Origin: Burkholderiales bacterium
GTDB taxonomy: Bacteria > Pseudomonadota > Gammaproteobacteria > Burkholderiales > SG8-39
Assembly (NCBI GenBank): GCA_041635755.1
Contig: JBFKUL010000001.1
Location: 1-37,448, forward strand
Length of the DNA stretch: 37,448 nucleotides
Direction of reading: 5' to 3'
Shown: positions 18,523 to 28,972 of the stretch, piece after piece
Layout of the letters: each line of letters starts with the position of its first letter
Position numbering within the stretch: the stretch's first letter is position 1
The notes under the pieces: model-generated
Told to the model about the DNA's origin: nothing
Databases searched by the model: none
The model's input: only the letters and a program-made list of their open reading frames with translations
Position numbers and translations under genes: made by a program

Positions 18523-19491
18523 TCACTCGATGAACAACGAGCTCACCGAGTCTTCGTTCGAGATCCTCAGAATCGTTTCGGCCAGCAGCCCCGCCACACT
18601 CAACTGCCGGATCTTCTTGCTCGCCAGCGCGTCCTCGCGCAACGGAATGGTATCCGTTACCACCAGCTCGTCGATATCGCTCGCCTCGATCCGCTGCACC
18701 GCGCCGCCGGACAAAACGGGGTGCGTACAGTAGGCGACCACTTTCGTGGCGCCCTCCTCTTTGAGCACCTGCGCAGCCTTGCACAGCGTTCCGGCCGTGT
18801 CGACCATGTCGTCCATGATGACGCAGGTGCGCCCGCTCACTTCGCCGATCACGTTCATCACTTCCGCGACGTTGGCGCGGGGGCGACGTTTGTCGATGAT
18901 CGCGAGGTCGGATTCGAGCCGCTTTGCGAGCGCCCGCGCCCGCACGACGCCACCAACGTCAGGCGAAACCACGATCAAGTCCTCATAGCGCTTCTTCCAC
19001 ACGTCGCCAAGCAGCACCGGGGCTGCATAGATATTGTCCACGGGGATGTCGAAGAACCCCTGGATCTGATCGGCGTGCAGATCCATCGTCAGCATTCGAG
19101 ACACGCCGACCGCGTTCAGCATGTTGGCCACAACCTTGGCGCTGATCGCCACCCGTGCGGAGCGCGGCCGTCGATCCTGCCGGCCGTAGCCGAAGTACGG
19201 AATCGCTGCCGTGACGCGCGCCGCGGAGGAACGCCGCAATGCGTCAACCATGATCAGCATTTCCATCAGGTTGTCGTTGGTCGGCGTGCAGGTCGACTGC
19301 AGCACGAACACGTCCTTGCCGCGTACGTTCTCGAGCAGCTCGACCATCACTTCGCCGTCGGAGAATCGTCCGACGACCGCGCGGCCGAGCGAGATGTTGA
19401 GATTGCGGGCAACGTCCTGAGCAAGCCGCGGGTTGGCGTTCCCGGTAAACACCATCAGGCGCTCGAGCGGCATGCTGTTCATCGCGGTCAC
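18523..19491 (-). CDS. prs: Ribose-phosphate pyrophosphokinase
   Basis: [17 protein letters not shown], the PRPP-binding loop [12 protein letters not shown] and overall length match Prs. The start is ambiguous: GTG 19491 has AGGA 6 nt upstream, with alternatives ATG 19482 and ATG 19473. Confidence 0.93.
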   Translation of the reverse strand: MTAMNSMPLERLMVFTGNANPRLAQDVARNLNISLGRAVVGRFSDGEVMVELLENVRGKDVFVLQSTCTPTNDNLMEMLIMVDALRRSSAARVTAAIPYFGYGRQDRRPRSARVAISAKVVANMLNAVGVSRMLTMDLHADQIQGFFDIPVDNIYAAPVLLGDVWKKRYEDLIVVSPDVGGVVRARALAKRLESDLAIIDKRRPRANVAEVMNVIGEVSGRTCVIMDDMVDTAGTLCKAAQVLKEEGATKVVAYCTHPVLSGGAVQRIEASDIDELVVTDTIPLREDALASKKIRQLSVAGLLAETILRISNEDSVSSLFIE

Positions 19492-19542
19492 CCTGCGTCC
19501 TAGTAATCCGTTGCCGGCCTTCCGGCGTGCTTGCTTGTCGGT

Positions 19543-19619
19543 TGGCTGGGGAGGAAGGATTCGAACCTTCGCATGCCGGAATCAAAATCCGGTGCCTTAA
19601 CCAGCTTGGCGACTCCCCA
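19543..19619 (-). tRNA. tRNA-Gln (anticodon UUG)
   Basis: The reverse complement reads TGGGGAGTCGCCAAGCTGGTTAAGGCACCGGATTTTGATTCCGGCATGCGAAGGTTCGAATCCTTCCTCCCCAGCCA. The acceptor stem is 7 bp (TGGGGAG/CTCCCCA). The anticodon stem CCGGA/TCCGG carries loop TTTTGAT (anticodon TTG). The T arm is GAAGG-TTCGAAT-CCTTC and CCA is encoded. It closely resembles E. coli tRNA-Gln. Confidence 0.93.
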
Positions 19620-19633
19620 GCAGAAAAACGTGC

Positions 19634-20488
19634 CTATTCCGCCCAATCCTGCAGCGGGTGACGCTCGAGGCCCCGCGTCACGAAAGCCCGCATCGTCTCC
19701 GGGAGCTGCGACTTGATGGCGCGCGCTTCGGCCTCGGTGGAAAACTCGGCGAACACGCATGCCCCTGACCCCGTCATGCGGGCATTCGGGCAGCGCGGCT
19801 TGAGCCACTCGAGATGCGCCGCAACCTCGGGACTGCGTGCGGTCACGACTGACTCCAGATCGTTGCGCCCGAGCCCCGCGAAAAAGGGCGGTATTGTGAG
19901 CGGTTTCGAATTCCGTGTCAATTTGGTGTCAGCGAAGATTTCTCTCGTAGAAACCGCGACTTGAGGCACCAAAACCAGGTACCAGGCGGCGGGCAACGAG
20001 AGCGCCCGGAGGCGCTCACCGATACCCTCTCCAAGCGCGTTCTCGCCGTAAACGAAAAAGGGCACGTCGGCCCCGATCTGCAGCGCCAGATCCAGAAGCT
20101 CGGCACGCCTGAGGTCGAGCCCCCATAGACGATTGAGGACCAGCAGCGCCGTCGCGGCGTCGGACGAGCCGCCCCCCAGGCCGCCGCCGATCGGTAAGGT
20201 TTTCTCGAGCGCGATGTCAGCGCCGAGCGGCCGCGCCGCGGGGCCGAGTCGAGCGAGCGCGTAGTCCTTCAGGCGCGTGGCCGCCCGCAGGCACAGGTCG
20301 TCCTCCGCGCTTACCCCGGGGAGCGTGTCGCTGCGCTGCAGGATGCCGTCCGCGCGCGGTGCAAGACCCACACGATCTCCATGCCCGATCAATCGCAAGA
20401 CCGTCTGCAGCAAATGGTAGCCATCCTCGCGACGCCCCAGGACGTGCAGAAAAAGGTTCAGCTTGCCCGGTGCCGGATACCACTGCAT
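19634..20488 (-). CDS. ispE: 4-diphosphocytidyl-2-C-methyl-D-erythritol kinase
   Basis: MQWYPAPGKLNLFLHVLGRREDGYH parallels E. coli IspE ([23 protein letters not shown]). The GHMP kinase motif PIGGGLGGGSSDAA is present. ATG 20488 lies 5 nt after the lolB stop. The track's longer ORF starts at GTG 20512. Confidence 0.92.
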   Translation of the reverse strand: MQWYPAPGKLNLFLHVLGRREDGYHLLQTVLRLIGHGDRVGLAPRADGILQRSDTLPGVSAEDDLCLRAATRLKDYALARLGPAARPLGADIALEKTLPIGGGLGGGSSDAATALLVLNRLWGLDLRRAELLDLALQIGADVPFFVYGENALGEGIGERLRALSLPAAWYLVLVPQVAVSTREIFADTKLTRNSKPLTIPPFFAGLGRNDLESVVTARSPEVAAHLEWLKPRCPNARMTGSGACVFAEFSTEAEARAIKSQLPETMRAFVTRGLERHPLQDWAE

Positions 20489-20493
20489 CTGGC

Positions 20494-21045
20494 TCACCGC
20501 AGCGAGCGCCACTCGGAAATTGCGAGCCGCAATTCCAGCCCCGGGTAGGTGAGCCGCAGGCGCGACGGCAGCTCACCGTCATCGCGGAACGCCAGGTACT
20601 CGATCTTCCAGCCCGACTGCTGCAGTTCGGTAAGACGGCCGCGCCCGTCGCGCGTCTCGCGCGAAGGCCCTGGCGCGACACGCGCACGCACCCAATCGGC
20701 GAGTCCGGCAAGCGGCAGGCGAAAGCCGAGCACGCGATCGGTGAGGGTCTCGGCATCTTCCGCGCTGTATTCTCGCGCGTCATGCGTCGTAAGCGTGACG
20801 AGTGTGCGTTCGCGCACCACGCGCGCGACGCCTTGTCCGAACGGGTTGGTGATGAGGAGCTCATCGCCGTCCGCGCGATGGCGCCACGCGAGATTGCCGC
20901 TGGAGGCCTGTTCACCGTAGCGCACCGCGATGCGACCGGACAGCTCGAACTCGACCTCGTCGACCGAGGTCAGGGAAGAAAGCCCGGCGCACGCGGACAA
21001 GAGCAACGCCGCCGCGACGGCCAGGGCGCGCGAGACGGATCTCAC
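20494..21045 (-). CDS. lolB: Outer-membrane lipoprotein insertion protein LolB
   Basis: Lipobox LLSAC in MRSVSRALAVAAALLLSACAG. Length is 183 aa and the gene sits immediately upstream of ispE, as in many beta/gamma-proteobacteria. Confidence 0.8.
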   Translation of the reverse strand: MRSVSRALAVAAALLLSACAGLSSLTSVDEVEFELSGRIAVRYGEQASSGNLAWRHRADGDELLITNPFGQGVARVVRERTLVTLTTHDAREYSAEDAETLTDRVLGFRLPLAGLADWVRARVAPGPSRETRDGRGRLTELQQSGWKIEYLAFRDDGELPSRLRLTYPGLELRLAISEWRSLR

Positions 21046-22796
21046 TGCCTCAGGCGCTTGATGGTCTTCTGCAGCGTCTCGTTGTCCGGGTGGGCCTGAA
21101 GCGCCTCTTCGAGTATGCGCTGCGCCTCATCGCGCTCACCGCTCATCCAAAGCACCTCGACCAGATGCGCGCCGATCTCGCCATCGGGCCGCGAGCTGTA
21201 GGCGCGCCTGAGGTGCTCGATGGCGCCCTTGAGGTCCCCCTGGCGGTAAAGCACCCAACCCATGCTATCAACGATGAAATGATCCTGGGGCGCGAGCTCG
21301 AGCGCGCGCTCGATCAGTTTGCGCGCCTCCGGCAGACGCTCGTTGCGGTCGGCTAGCGAGTAGCCCAAAGCGTTGTAGGCGTGCGCGTGGTCAGGGCGAA
21401 TCTGAATCAGCTTGCGCAGGTTGGATTCGAGCAGATCGAAGCGGCTCAGCTTCTCCGCAGTAAGCGCCAGGTCGTAGAGCAGGTCCGGCTGATCGGGCTG
21501 ACGCTCGAGCGCCTGGCCGAGCATGACCAGCGCCTCGCCGGGCTCGTTCGCCTCGCGCAGCAGTTGCGCCTCGGCGATTACGAGCTGCACCCGCTGCTCG
21601 TCGGCCGTGGTCGCGACACGCCGCAGATACGCGCGTGCTTCGGCGAGCTTGCCCTGCTTGGCGAGTGCCTGGGCGGCACGCAGTCTCGAGGCAACGAAAT
21701 GCTCTCCCCGCCCGATCGATTCAAACCATTCGATTGCGCGCATCCAGTGCTTTTGCTCCTCGGCGATCTGGCCGAGCGTAAAGCGCACGCCGTTTTCGTC
21801 GCGATAGCCAAGCTCGAGCAGCTTCTTGAGATTGCCCTCGGCGACCCCGTAATCCTTGAGCTGATAGGCGAGCAGGCCCACGGCATAGATCACATCCGTG
21901 TTGCCCGGATTTGCAGCAAGCAGCTTCTCGAACTCGCCGCGCGCCTGGGCGTAACGCTTGTTGGAGACCAAGAGGCGCGCATAGCTCAGGCGCGCCTCTC
22001 GACGCTCTGGAAACTTCTCGAGATACCCTGCGAGCGTGCGCTCTGCCTGCTCCGGAAATTTCTTCTGCAGCACTTGCGACTCGAAAATCGGAGCGAATTC
22101 CCAGTCCGGCTGCAGCGCGGAGGCGCGCCGGATCTCGCGCAGCGCGAGATCGTCGTCGCCCGCCGCGTACGCGGCCTGTGCCACCGCGAACACAGCCTGG
22201 GGCAGCGTGGCGTATGGCTCTGCGAGACGCCGCACCACGCGAAGATTCGCGGATTTGTCCGGATTTCCTGCCAGCAGGCGGTTGAGCTGCATGAAACCGT
22301 TGGGCAGATTGCTGCCGCGCGCCGTGAGCAGCTTGGCGAGAAACGGTTCGGCTTCGTCCACGCGCCGCGCGCTCACCAGCAGCGCGGTCACCATCTGCAA
22401 TGCCTGCGGGGACTGAGCGTCGGTCTCGTGCCAGATGCGCGCCGCTTCGAGCGCGAAGTCCGGCATGCGTGCGTAATTCGCGATCTCGACCGCCCGTCGC
22501 GCAATGCGCGGGTCGCGGGTCTGGCGCGCGAGGTCCAGATAGGTCTGCGCGGCCAACCCGGGACTGCCGCGCTGCAGGGCCACTTCGCCGAGCAGGAACG
22601 CGTACAGCACTTCCTCGGAGAGGTCCTGCGTGGGCAGACGCTCGTCGAGCTTCTCGGCGCGCGAGGGGGCTGAAGTCTCCAGCGTGCTTTCGCTCTCTGG
22701 CGCGGCCTGCTGCGCCCAGGCCAGCGCGGGCCCTAGCAGCACCGCGCCAAGAAGGCAGGCCAAAGCGTTCAACAGGGGGTTCTTGATGATTTTCAT
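21042..22796 (-). CDS. Secreted tetratricopeptide-repeat protein
   Basis: Signal peptide MKIIKNPLLNALACLLGAVLLGPALAWA. The helical repeats are rich in A/L/Y/R with recurrent TPR-like patterns (AYNALGYSLA, AIEHLRRAY). A 4-nt overlap links it to lolB. ATG 22796 is preferred over TTG 22802. Confidence 0.8.
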   Translation of the reverse strand: MKIIKNPLLNALACLLGAVLLGPALAWAQQAAPESESTLETSAPSRAEKLDERLPTQDLSEEVLYAFLLGEVALQRGSPGLAAQTYLDLARQTRDPRIARRAVEIANYARMPDFALEAARIWHETDAQSPQALQMVTALLVSARRVDEAEPFLAKLLTARGSNLPNGFMQLNRLLAGNPDKSANLRVVRRLAEPYATLPQAVFAVAQAAYAAGDDDLALREIRRASALQPDWEFAPIFESQVLQKKFPEQAERTLAGYLEKFPERREARLSYARLLVSNKRYAQARGEFEKLLAANPGNTDVIYAVGLLAYQLKDYGVAEGNLKKLLELGYRDENGVRFTLGQIAEEQKHWMRAIEWFESIGRGEHFVASRLRAAQALAKQGKLAEARAYLRRVATTADEQRVQLVIAEAQLLREANEPGEALVMLGQALERQPDQPDLLYDLALTAEKLSRFDLLESNLRKLIQIRPDHAHAYNALGYSLADRNERLPEARKLIERALELAPQDHFIVDSMGWVLYRQGDLKGAIEHLRRAYSSRPDGEIGAHLVEVLWMSGERDEAQRILEEALQAHPDNETLQKTIKRLRQ

Positions 22797-22939
22797 TCGC
22801 AATCTATGCTGCTGCAGGGGATGCTCGCCCGCTCCAAGTCAATCCAATCCATCTTAGGTATATTTGATGCCCCGCACAAGCCGAGTCATTCGCCGGCCGT
22901 GCAGAAGTGCATGGACCGCTTTTCGTCGATCACGTTCAA

Positions 22940-23749
22940 ATGCCGGAGCTTCCCGAGATCGAGGTAACCCGGCGCGGTATTGCGCCGCTCCTCACCGGCC
23001 GGACCATTTCCGGCGTCGCGGTGCGCGAACCGCGCCTGCGCTGGCACGTGCCCGACGCCGTGCGGGGACTCGCGGGCCTGGCCATACGCAGTGTGCGCAG
23101 GCGCGGCAAGTACCTGCTGCTCGATTGCGGTACAGGTCACCTGATACTTCACCTTGGCATGTCAGGAAGTCTGCGCGTGCTCGCCAGCGAAACCCCGCCG
23201 CAGAAGCACGACCATTTCGACCTGATGCTCGGGGATCGCTTGCTGCGGCTGCGCGACCCGCGGCGCTTTGGCGCAGTACTTTGGACGGCGGCGCGCGTGG
23301 AAGCCCATCCGCTCCTCGCAGGGCTCGGGCTCGAGCCGCTGTCCCGTGCGCTGGACGCGCGCCGGCTGCACGCACTGACCCGCGCTCATCGCGCCTCGAT
23401 CAAGCAAGTCCTGATGGACGGACGCCGCATCGCAGGCGTGGGTAACATCTACGCGAGCGAGAGCCTGTTCCGCGCCGGGATTCATCCGCGCACCTCCGCG
23501 CGGCGCCTCTCGCTCGAGCGGTGCGCGAAACTCGCGGTTGCGATCAAGAAGACGCTGCGCGCGGCGATTCGCGCCGGCGGGTCGAGTCTGCGCGACTTCG
23601 TAAGAAGCGACGGCAGGCCAGGATACTTCCAGAACCAGACGCTGGTCTACGACCGCGCCGGCGCGCCCTGCAGCCTCTGTGGCACTCCGATCCGGCGAAT
23701 CGCGCAGGGACAGCGCTCCACCTTCTACTGCCCGCGCTGCCAGCATTGA
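22940..23749 (+). CDS. mutM: Formamidopyrimidine-DNA glycosylase
   Basis: [14 protein letters not shown] is the catalytic N-terminal Pro-Glu signature. The C-terminal zinc finger is [10 protein letters not shown]...FYCPRCQ. ATG 22940 lies inside ORF 22907..23749. Confidence 0.94.
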   Translation: MPELPEIEVTRRGIAPLLTGRTISGVAVREPRLRWHVPDAVRGLAGLAIRSVRRRGKYLLLDCGTGHLILHLGMSGSLRVLASETPPQKHDHFDLMLGDRLLRLRDPRRFGAVLWTAARVEAHPLLAGLGLEPLSRALDARRLHALTRAHRASIKQVLMDGRRIAGVGNIYASESLFRAGIHPRTSARRLSLERCAKLAVAIKKTLRAAIRAGGSSLRDFVRSDGRPGYFQNQTLVYDRAGAPCSLCGTPIRRIAQGQRSTFYCPRCQH

Positions 23750-23775
23750 AAGGCGCGCCGCCTAAACCGAGGCCC

Positions 23776-24835
<1,060 letters not shown>

Positions 24836-24848
24836 TGCAGGAACCGTT

Positions 24849-24857
24849 TGATAGAAT
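24849..24857 (+). promoter_or_regulatory. Candidate extended -10 element (TGaTAGAAT) upstream of ftsY
   Basis: TGATAGAAT lies 40 nt before the ftsY GTG, in the ~60-nt divergent gap between rsmD and ftsY. It is followed by the GC-rich CGGGCGCC. It has the same core as the element at 7171-7179. Confidence 0.3.
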
Positions 24858-24896
24858 CGGGCGCCAATCTTAGCGGCTTTCCTGCAGCAACTCCTC

Positions 24897-25838
24897 GTGC
24901 TTGGCCTGGCAAACACATTGCGCTCTGACAAAACCTCCTGGACCGCCCGCCTGAGGGCCGGACTTGCGCGCACGCGAGAGGCGCTCGGTGGCGGACTCGG
25001 CCATCTTCTGGGGCGGCGCAAGGTGGACGAGGCGCTTTACGAAGAGCTCGAGGCGGCTCTGATCACCGCCGATTGCGGCGTCGAGGCGACGCGATGGATT
25101 CTGAGTGAGCTGCGCACGCGCGCGCGCAGGGCCGGCATCGTCGAGGGCGACGCGCTCAAGGCGACCCTCAAGGAGACCCTGCTGGAACTCGTGGGGCCGC
25201 TCGAGCGCGCGCTCGACCCGAGCATCGGTAAACCCTTCGTGGTCATGGTGGCAGGCGTTAACGGCTCGGGTAAGACGACATCGATCGGCAAGCTCGCCAA
25301 GTGGTTTCAGACGCAGGGTCACAGCGTGCTGTTGGCGGCAGGGGATACGTTCCGCGCGGCCGCGCGCGAGCAGCTCGTCGCCTGGGGCGAGCGAAACGGC
25401 GTCACGGTGATCACCCAGCAGTCCGGCGATGCGGGGGCGGTGGTGTACGACGCGGTGAGCGCGGCGCGCGCGCGCGGCATCGACGTCGTACTCGCCGATA
25501 CGGCCGGGCGACTGCCAACACAGCTGCACCTGATGGACGAGATCAAGAAGGTCAAGCGCGTCATGGCCAAGGCGATGCCCGAAGCACCGCACGAGGTGAT
25601 GCTTGTACTCGACGCCAACACCGGACAAAACGCGCTGGCGCAGGTCAACGCCTTCGACGATGCGCTCGGACTTACCGGGCTCGTGCTGACCAAGCTTGAC
25701 GGCACTGCACGGGGAGGCGTGATTGCGGCAATCGCGAGGCAGCGCCCGATACCATTACGTTTCGTCGGAGTGGGAGAGGGGATCGACGATCTGAGGCCCT
25801 TCTCCGCGCGCGACTTTGTCGAGGCGCTCGTTGATTAG
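24897..25838 (+). CDS. ftsY: Signal recognition particle receptor FtsY (short, NG-domain form)
   Basis: SRP-GTPase motifs are present: MVAGVNGSGKTTSIGKLA (G1), DTAGR (G3) and TKLDGTARGG (G4/G5 region). It lies upstream of ftsE-ftsX. The GTG start at 24897 is uncertain. Confidence 0.92.
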   Translation: MLGLANTLRSDKTSWTARLRAGLARTREALGGGLGHLLGRRKVDEALYEELEAALITADCGVEATRWILSELRTRARRAGIVEGDALKATLKETLLELVGPLERALDPSIGKPFVVMVAGVNGSGKTTSIGKLAKWFQTQGHSVLLAAGDTFRAAAREQLVAWGERNGVTVITQQSGDAGAVVYDAVSAARARGIDVVLADTAGRLPTQLHLMDEIKKVKRVMAKAMPEAPHEVMLVLDANTGQNALAQVNAFDDALGLTGLVLTKLDGTARGGVIAAIARQRPIPLRFVGVGEGIDDLRPFSARDFVEALVD

Positions 25839-26499
25839 TTTCTCCGCGGTATCCAAGCGCTACCCGGGCGGGCTGGAAGCGCTGAAAGGCGTTTCGTTCA
25901 CGCTTGATGCAGGGGCGCTGGCGTTTCTCACCGGCCATTCGGGCGCGGGCAAATCTACTTTGCTCAAGCTCATTCCGGGAATCGAACGGCCTACCTCGGG
26001 CTCGGTCATCGTCAACGGTCAGAACGTCGGGGCGCTGAAGCGCTCGGCGATTCCGGTTCTGCGTCGAAATCTAGGACTGGTGTTTCAGGACCAGAAGCTC
26101 CTCTACGACCGCAGCGTCTTCGACAACGTGATGCTGCCGTTGTCGTTCACCGGGCAGCCAAGGCGCGAATCCGCGCGGCGCGCGCGTGCGGCGCTCGACA
26201 AGGTAGGGCTGCTCAAGCGCGAACGATCGAATCCGATTCAGCTTTCGGGCGGTGAGCAGCAGCGGCTTGCGATCGCGCGTGCCGTCGTCAATCGGCCCGC
26301 CGCATTGATCGCAGACGAGCCGACCGCGAATCTGGACGCCGAATCCGCCGCGCAAATCCTGGACATCTTCGTCGCATTCAACCAGGTCGGCGTTACGCTT
26401 CTCATCGCCACCCACGACCAGGCGCTGGTCGAGCGTTACGGCCGACGCGTGCTTCACCTTGCCGAAGGACGGCTAGCCGGAGAAGGCGCGACGAGATGA
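25831..26499 (+). CDS. ftsE: Cell-division ABC transporter ATP-binding protein FtsE
   Basis: LISFSAVSKRYPGGLEALKGVSFTLDAGALAFLTGHSGAGKSTLLKLI aligns colinearly with E. coli FtsE (MIRFEHVSKAY...FLTGHSGAGKSTLLKLI). TTG 25831 overlaps the ftsY stop. The track's start, TTG 25816, is the alternative. Confidence 0.92.
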   Translation: MISFSAVSKRYPGGLEALKGVSFTLDAGALAFLTGHSGAGKSTLLKLIPGIERPTSGSVIVNGQNVGALKRSAIPVLRRNLGLVFQDQKLLYDRSVFDNVMLPLSFTGQPRRESARRARAALDKVGLLKRERSNPIQLSGGEQQRLAIARAVVNRPAALIADEPTANLDAESAAQILDIFVAFNQVGVTLLIATHDQALVERYGRRVLHLAEGRLAGEGATR

Positions 26500-27404
26500 T
26501 CGGCTGGTTTCGGCAGCACTGGCAGGCATTCGGTGCGGCGCTCCGCAAGCTCTCGGGTCAAAAGACGGCGGGACTTGCAAGCGCCCTCGTGATCGGCGTC
26601 GCACTGTCGCTTCCAGCGGGCGGCTATGCACTGCTCGAGAGCCTGCGCGCGGTGGCCGGACGGCTTTCGCTCGATCCCCAAATCTCCGTGTTCATGCGTC
26701 TGCAGGCGAAGCGCGCGGAGCTGGAGGCCGTAAGCGCGCGGCTGAAGGCCGATACCCGGATCGCGCAGCTGCGCTTCGTCCCGAAGGAAGCCGCTTTGGA
26801 CGAGCTCAAGGCGACCGAGGGGCTCGCCGAGGTCGTCGCTGCGCTCGGTCGCAATCCCTTGCCGGATGCGTTCGTGGTGCGCTCGCGCGACACGCGCGCC
26901 GAAGCGCTCGATGCCCTGGCGTCCGACCTGCGCAACCTTCCGTTGGTGGCCCATGTGCAGGTGGATTCGGCTTGGGCGCGGCGTCTCGCCGCGCTCGCCG
27001 CCCTCGGCAGGACGGCGTTGCTGCTGCTCGCGGCCCTGCTAGCGTTCGGACTGGTCGCCATCACCTTCAACACGATCCGGCTTCAGATCCTGACGCAGCG
27101 CGACGAGATCGAGGTGTCCAAATTGATCGGTGCCACCGACTCGTTCATCGGCAGGCCTTTCTTCTACCTCGGTCTTCTGCTGGGCCTTGCCGGAGGCGCA
27201 GTGGCTCTCGGAATCGTCGGGGGCGGGCTGGCGTTGCTGAACGCACAGGTGCACACCCTTGCCGAAAGCTATGGTTCCGAATTCCGCTTTGCGTTCCTCT
27301 CGCTATCGGACACGGCAGCCGTCTTGCTTCTGGCGGGCCTGCTCGGTTGGCTCGGCGCATTCATGTCAGTGAGTAGATACTTACGTGAAATAGAGCCAAA
27401 ATAG
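26496..27404 (+). CDS. ftsX: Cell-division permease-like protein FtsX
   Basis: ATGA overlap with the ftsE stop. The 302-aa product has one N-terminal TM segment, a periplasmic domain and three C-terminal TM segments, matching the FtsX layout. Confidence 0.9.
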   Translation: MIGWFRQHWQAFGAALRKLSGQKTAGLASALVIGVALSLPAGGYALLESLRAVAGRLSLDPQISVFMRLQAKRAELEAVSARLKADTRIAQLRFVPKEAALDELKATEGLAEVVAALGRNPLPDAFVVRSRDTRAEALDALASDLRNLPLVAHVQVDSAWARRLAALAALGRTALLLLAALLAFGLVAITFNTIRLQILTQRDEIEVSKLIGATDSFIGRPFFYLGLLLGLAGGAVALGIVGGGLALLNAQVHTLAESYGSEFRFAFLSLSDTAAVLLLAGLLGWLGAFMSVSRYLREIEPK

Positions 27405-27427
27405 TATGTTGCTGGGAGTTCTCGGGT

Positions 27428-27455
27428 GGAACCGGACAGGCGATTAGCACTCTAA
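27428..27455 (+). promoter_or_regulatory. Candidate sigma-E (ECF RpoE/AlgU-type) promoter upstream of rpoH
   Basis: GGAACCG (27428-27434), a 16-nt spacer and TCTAA (27451-27455) match the GGAACTT-N16-TCnAA pattern. The element lies ~40 nt upstream of the rpoH ATG. An alternative sigma-70 reading is TTAGCA-N18-TAGACT (27444-27473). Confidence 0.35.
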
Positions 27456-27469
27456 GATCATGAGTGCTA
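27445..27469. repeat. Perfect 8-bp inverted repeat (TAGCACTC-N9-GAGTGCTA) in the rpoH upstream region
   Basis: The arms lie at 27445-27452 and 27462-27469. The repeat overlaps the candidate -10 and sits in an AT-richer patch between ftsX and rpoH. Confidence 0.5.
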
Positions 27470-27494
27470 GACTTGCCGACGGGAGGAAAACAGC

Positions 27495-28382
27495 ATGCAT
27501 GCGACGACGATGACATTGCCGGTCGCCGTTCCAACGCCCATGGCGGCGGGGAGCCTGGATTCCTATATCCAGACGGTCAATCGCTTTCCGATTCTGAGCG
27601 CGGAAGAAGAGCGCTCGCTTGCCCGACGCTACCGCCAGCACAACGACCTCGACGCAGCCCGCCAACTGGTGCTTTCGCATCTTCGGCTGGTGGTTGCGAT
27701 CGCCCGCGGCTATCTTGGTTACGGACTGCCGCACGCCGACCTGATCCAGGAAGGCAACATTGGCCTGATGAAGGCCGTGAAGCGCTTTGACCCGGCGCGC
27801 GGTGTGCGCCTGGTGTCGTTTGCGATCCACTGGATCAAGGCCGAAATGCACGAATTCATCCTGCGCAACTGGCGGCTGGTAAAGGTCGCGACGACCAAGG
27901 CGCAGCGCAAGCTCTTCTTCAACCTTCGCTCGATGCGCAACGGGCTCGGGCCCCTGAACGCGGATGACGTGCAACGCATCGCCACCGAGCTCAGGGTCAA
28001 GCCCGAGGAAGTCACCGAAATGGAATCGCGGCTAACGGGCCGCGATATCGCGTTCGAGGCTGACGACGACGAGGACAGCTACGCGCCGGCTAGTTACTTG
28101 GCCGCCGATCACGATGCCGAGCCTTCCAGGCTTCTCGAAGCCGAGGAGACCGGAAGGATGCGCGCCGATGGCCTGAAAACCGCGCTCGCGGGGCTCGACG
28201 ACCGCAGTCGCCGTATCATCGAGGCGCGCTGGCTGCGGGAAAAGGGCGCTGCAACGCTGCACGACCTCGCAGGCGATTTCGGAGTGTCGGCGGAGCGCAT
28301 CCGCCAGATCGAGGCGAAAGCCCTCGAGAAGATGCGCAAATCGATGGACCGTTCGGGCACCGCGCCCCCTGCAGCGAACTAG
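27495..28382 (+). CDS. rpoH: RNA polymerase sigma-32 (heat-shock sigma factor RpoH)
   Basis: GGGAGGA lies 8 nt upstream of the ATG. Region 2 (DLIQEGNIGLMKAVKRFDP) and the RpoH box (KAQRKLFFNLRSMR) are present. Length is 295 aa. Confidence 0.94.
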   Translation: MHATTMTLPVAVPTPMAAGSLDSYIQTVNRFPILSAEEERSLARRYRQHNDLDAARQLVLSHLRLVVAIARGYLGYGLPHADLIQEGNIGLMKAVKRFDPARGVRLVSFAIHWIKAEMHEFILRNWRLVKVATTKAQRKLFFNLRSMRNGLGPLNADDVQRIATELRVKPEEVTEMESRLTGRDIAFEADDDEDSYAPASYLAADHDAEPSRLLEAEETGRMRADGLKTALAGLDDRSRRIIEARWLREKGAATLHDLAGDFGVSAERIRQIEAKALEKMRKSMDRSGTAPPAAN

Positions 28383-28972
28383 CCCCGCTCCTTTATCAGC
28401 ACACGCAGGTCCGAGGCGAGGTCTTCGCCGATGCGCTCGTGCCGAACGAACAGGCGCAGTCGTCCCTGGGTGTCGATGACGTAGCTCTGCGCGCTGTGAT
28501 CGACGCTGTATTCGCCCTGCGTCGATCCGGCGCGCTTCTCAAAGTAAACCTTGAACTCCTTGGCAGCCCGCTGCGTTGCGGGCAAGTCCCCGTAAAGGCC
28601 AACGAACTTCGGGTCGAAGGCCGTCACGTAATGGGCGAGGACCGCTTGAGTATCGCGCTCGGGGTCGAGCGTGACGAACAGCACCTGCACGCGCTGCGCG
28701 TCGGAACCGAGCTGCTGCAGCGCGAGCTTGACCTCACCGAGAGTGGTGGGACAGACGTCCGGGCAGTGCGTGAAGCCGAAGAAGAGCACCACAACCTTGC
28801 CGCGATAGTCGACCAGAGTTCGCGCGCGGCCGGTATGATCGACCAGTTCGAGCACCTTGCCGTAGGGTGCGCCGGTGATGTCCGTGCTTTTGAACTTCGG
28901 CGCGTCGTCGCAGGCCGTAAGCGCGATCAGCGCCGCGAGCGCCCCAGCCCTAAACGAACAGGTAGTGATCAA
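28379..28972 (-). CDS. SCO1/SenC-family copper chaperone (lipoprotein)
   Basis: Thioredoxin-fold Sco motif [12 protein letters not shown] with the downstream His in [11 protein letters not shown]. Lipobox ALIALTAC. The inferred TTG start at 28972 has low certainty, and no ATG precedes the signal peptide. It overlaps the ctaB 3' end by 23 nt. Confidence 0.8.
   Translation of the reverse strand: MITTCSFRAGALAALIALTACDDAPKFKSTDITGAPYGKVLELVDHTGRARTLVDYRGKVVVLFFGFTHCPDVCPTTLGEVKLALQQLGSDAQRVQVLFVTLDPERDTQAVLAHYVTAFDPKFVGLYGDLPATQRAAKEFKVYFEKRAGSTQGEYSVDHSAQSYVIDTQGRLRLFVRHERIGEDLASDLRVLIKERG

Noticed and set aside
19492-19633. tRNA-Gln as a possible integration hotspot or genomic-island boundary
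   Set aside because: The tRNA sits 14 nt after ispE and 51 nt before prs, in the widely conserved lolB-ispE-tRNA-Gln-prs order. There is no integrase nearby. By eye I saw no direct repeat of the tRNA 3' end and no compositional break.
28950-28972. Identical 23-nt gene overlaps (ctaB/sco at 28950-28972 and SURF1/Sco-like at 30527-30549) as a possible regulatory signature
   Set aside because: Both overlaps depend on my inferred start codons (TTG 28972; ATG 30549), which are uncertain. The overlapped sequences are not similar to each other, so the equal length is most likely coincidence.
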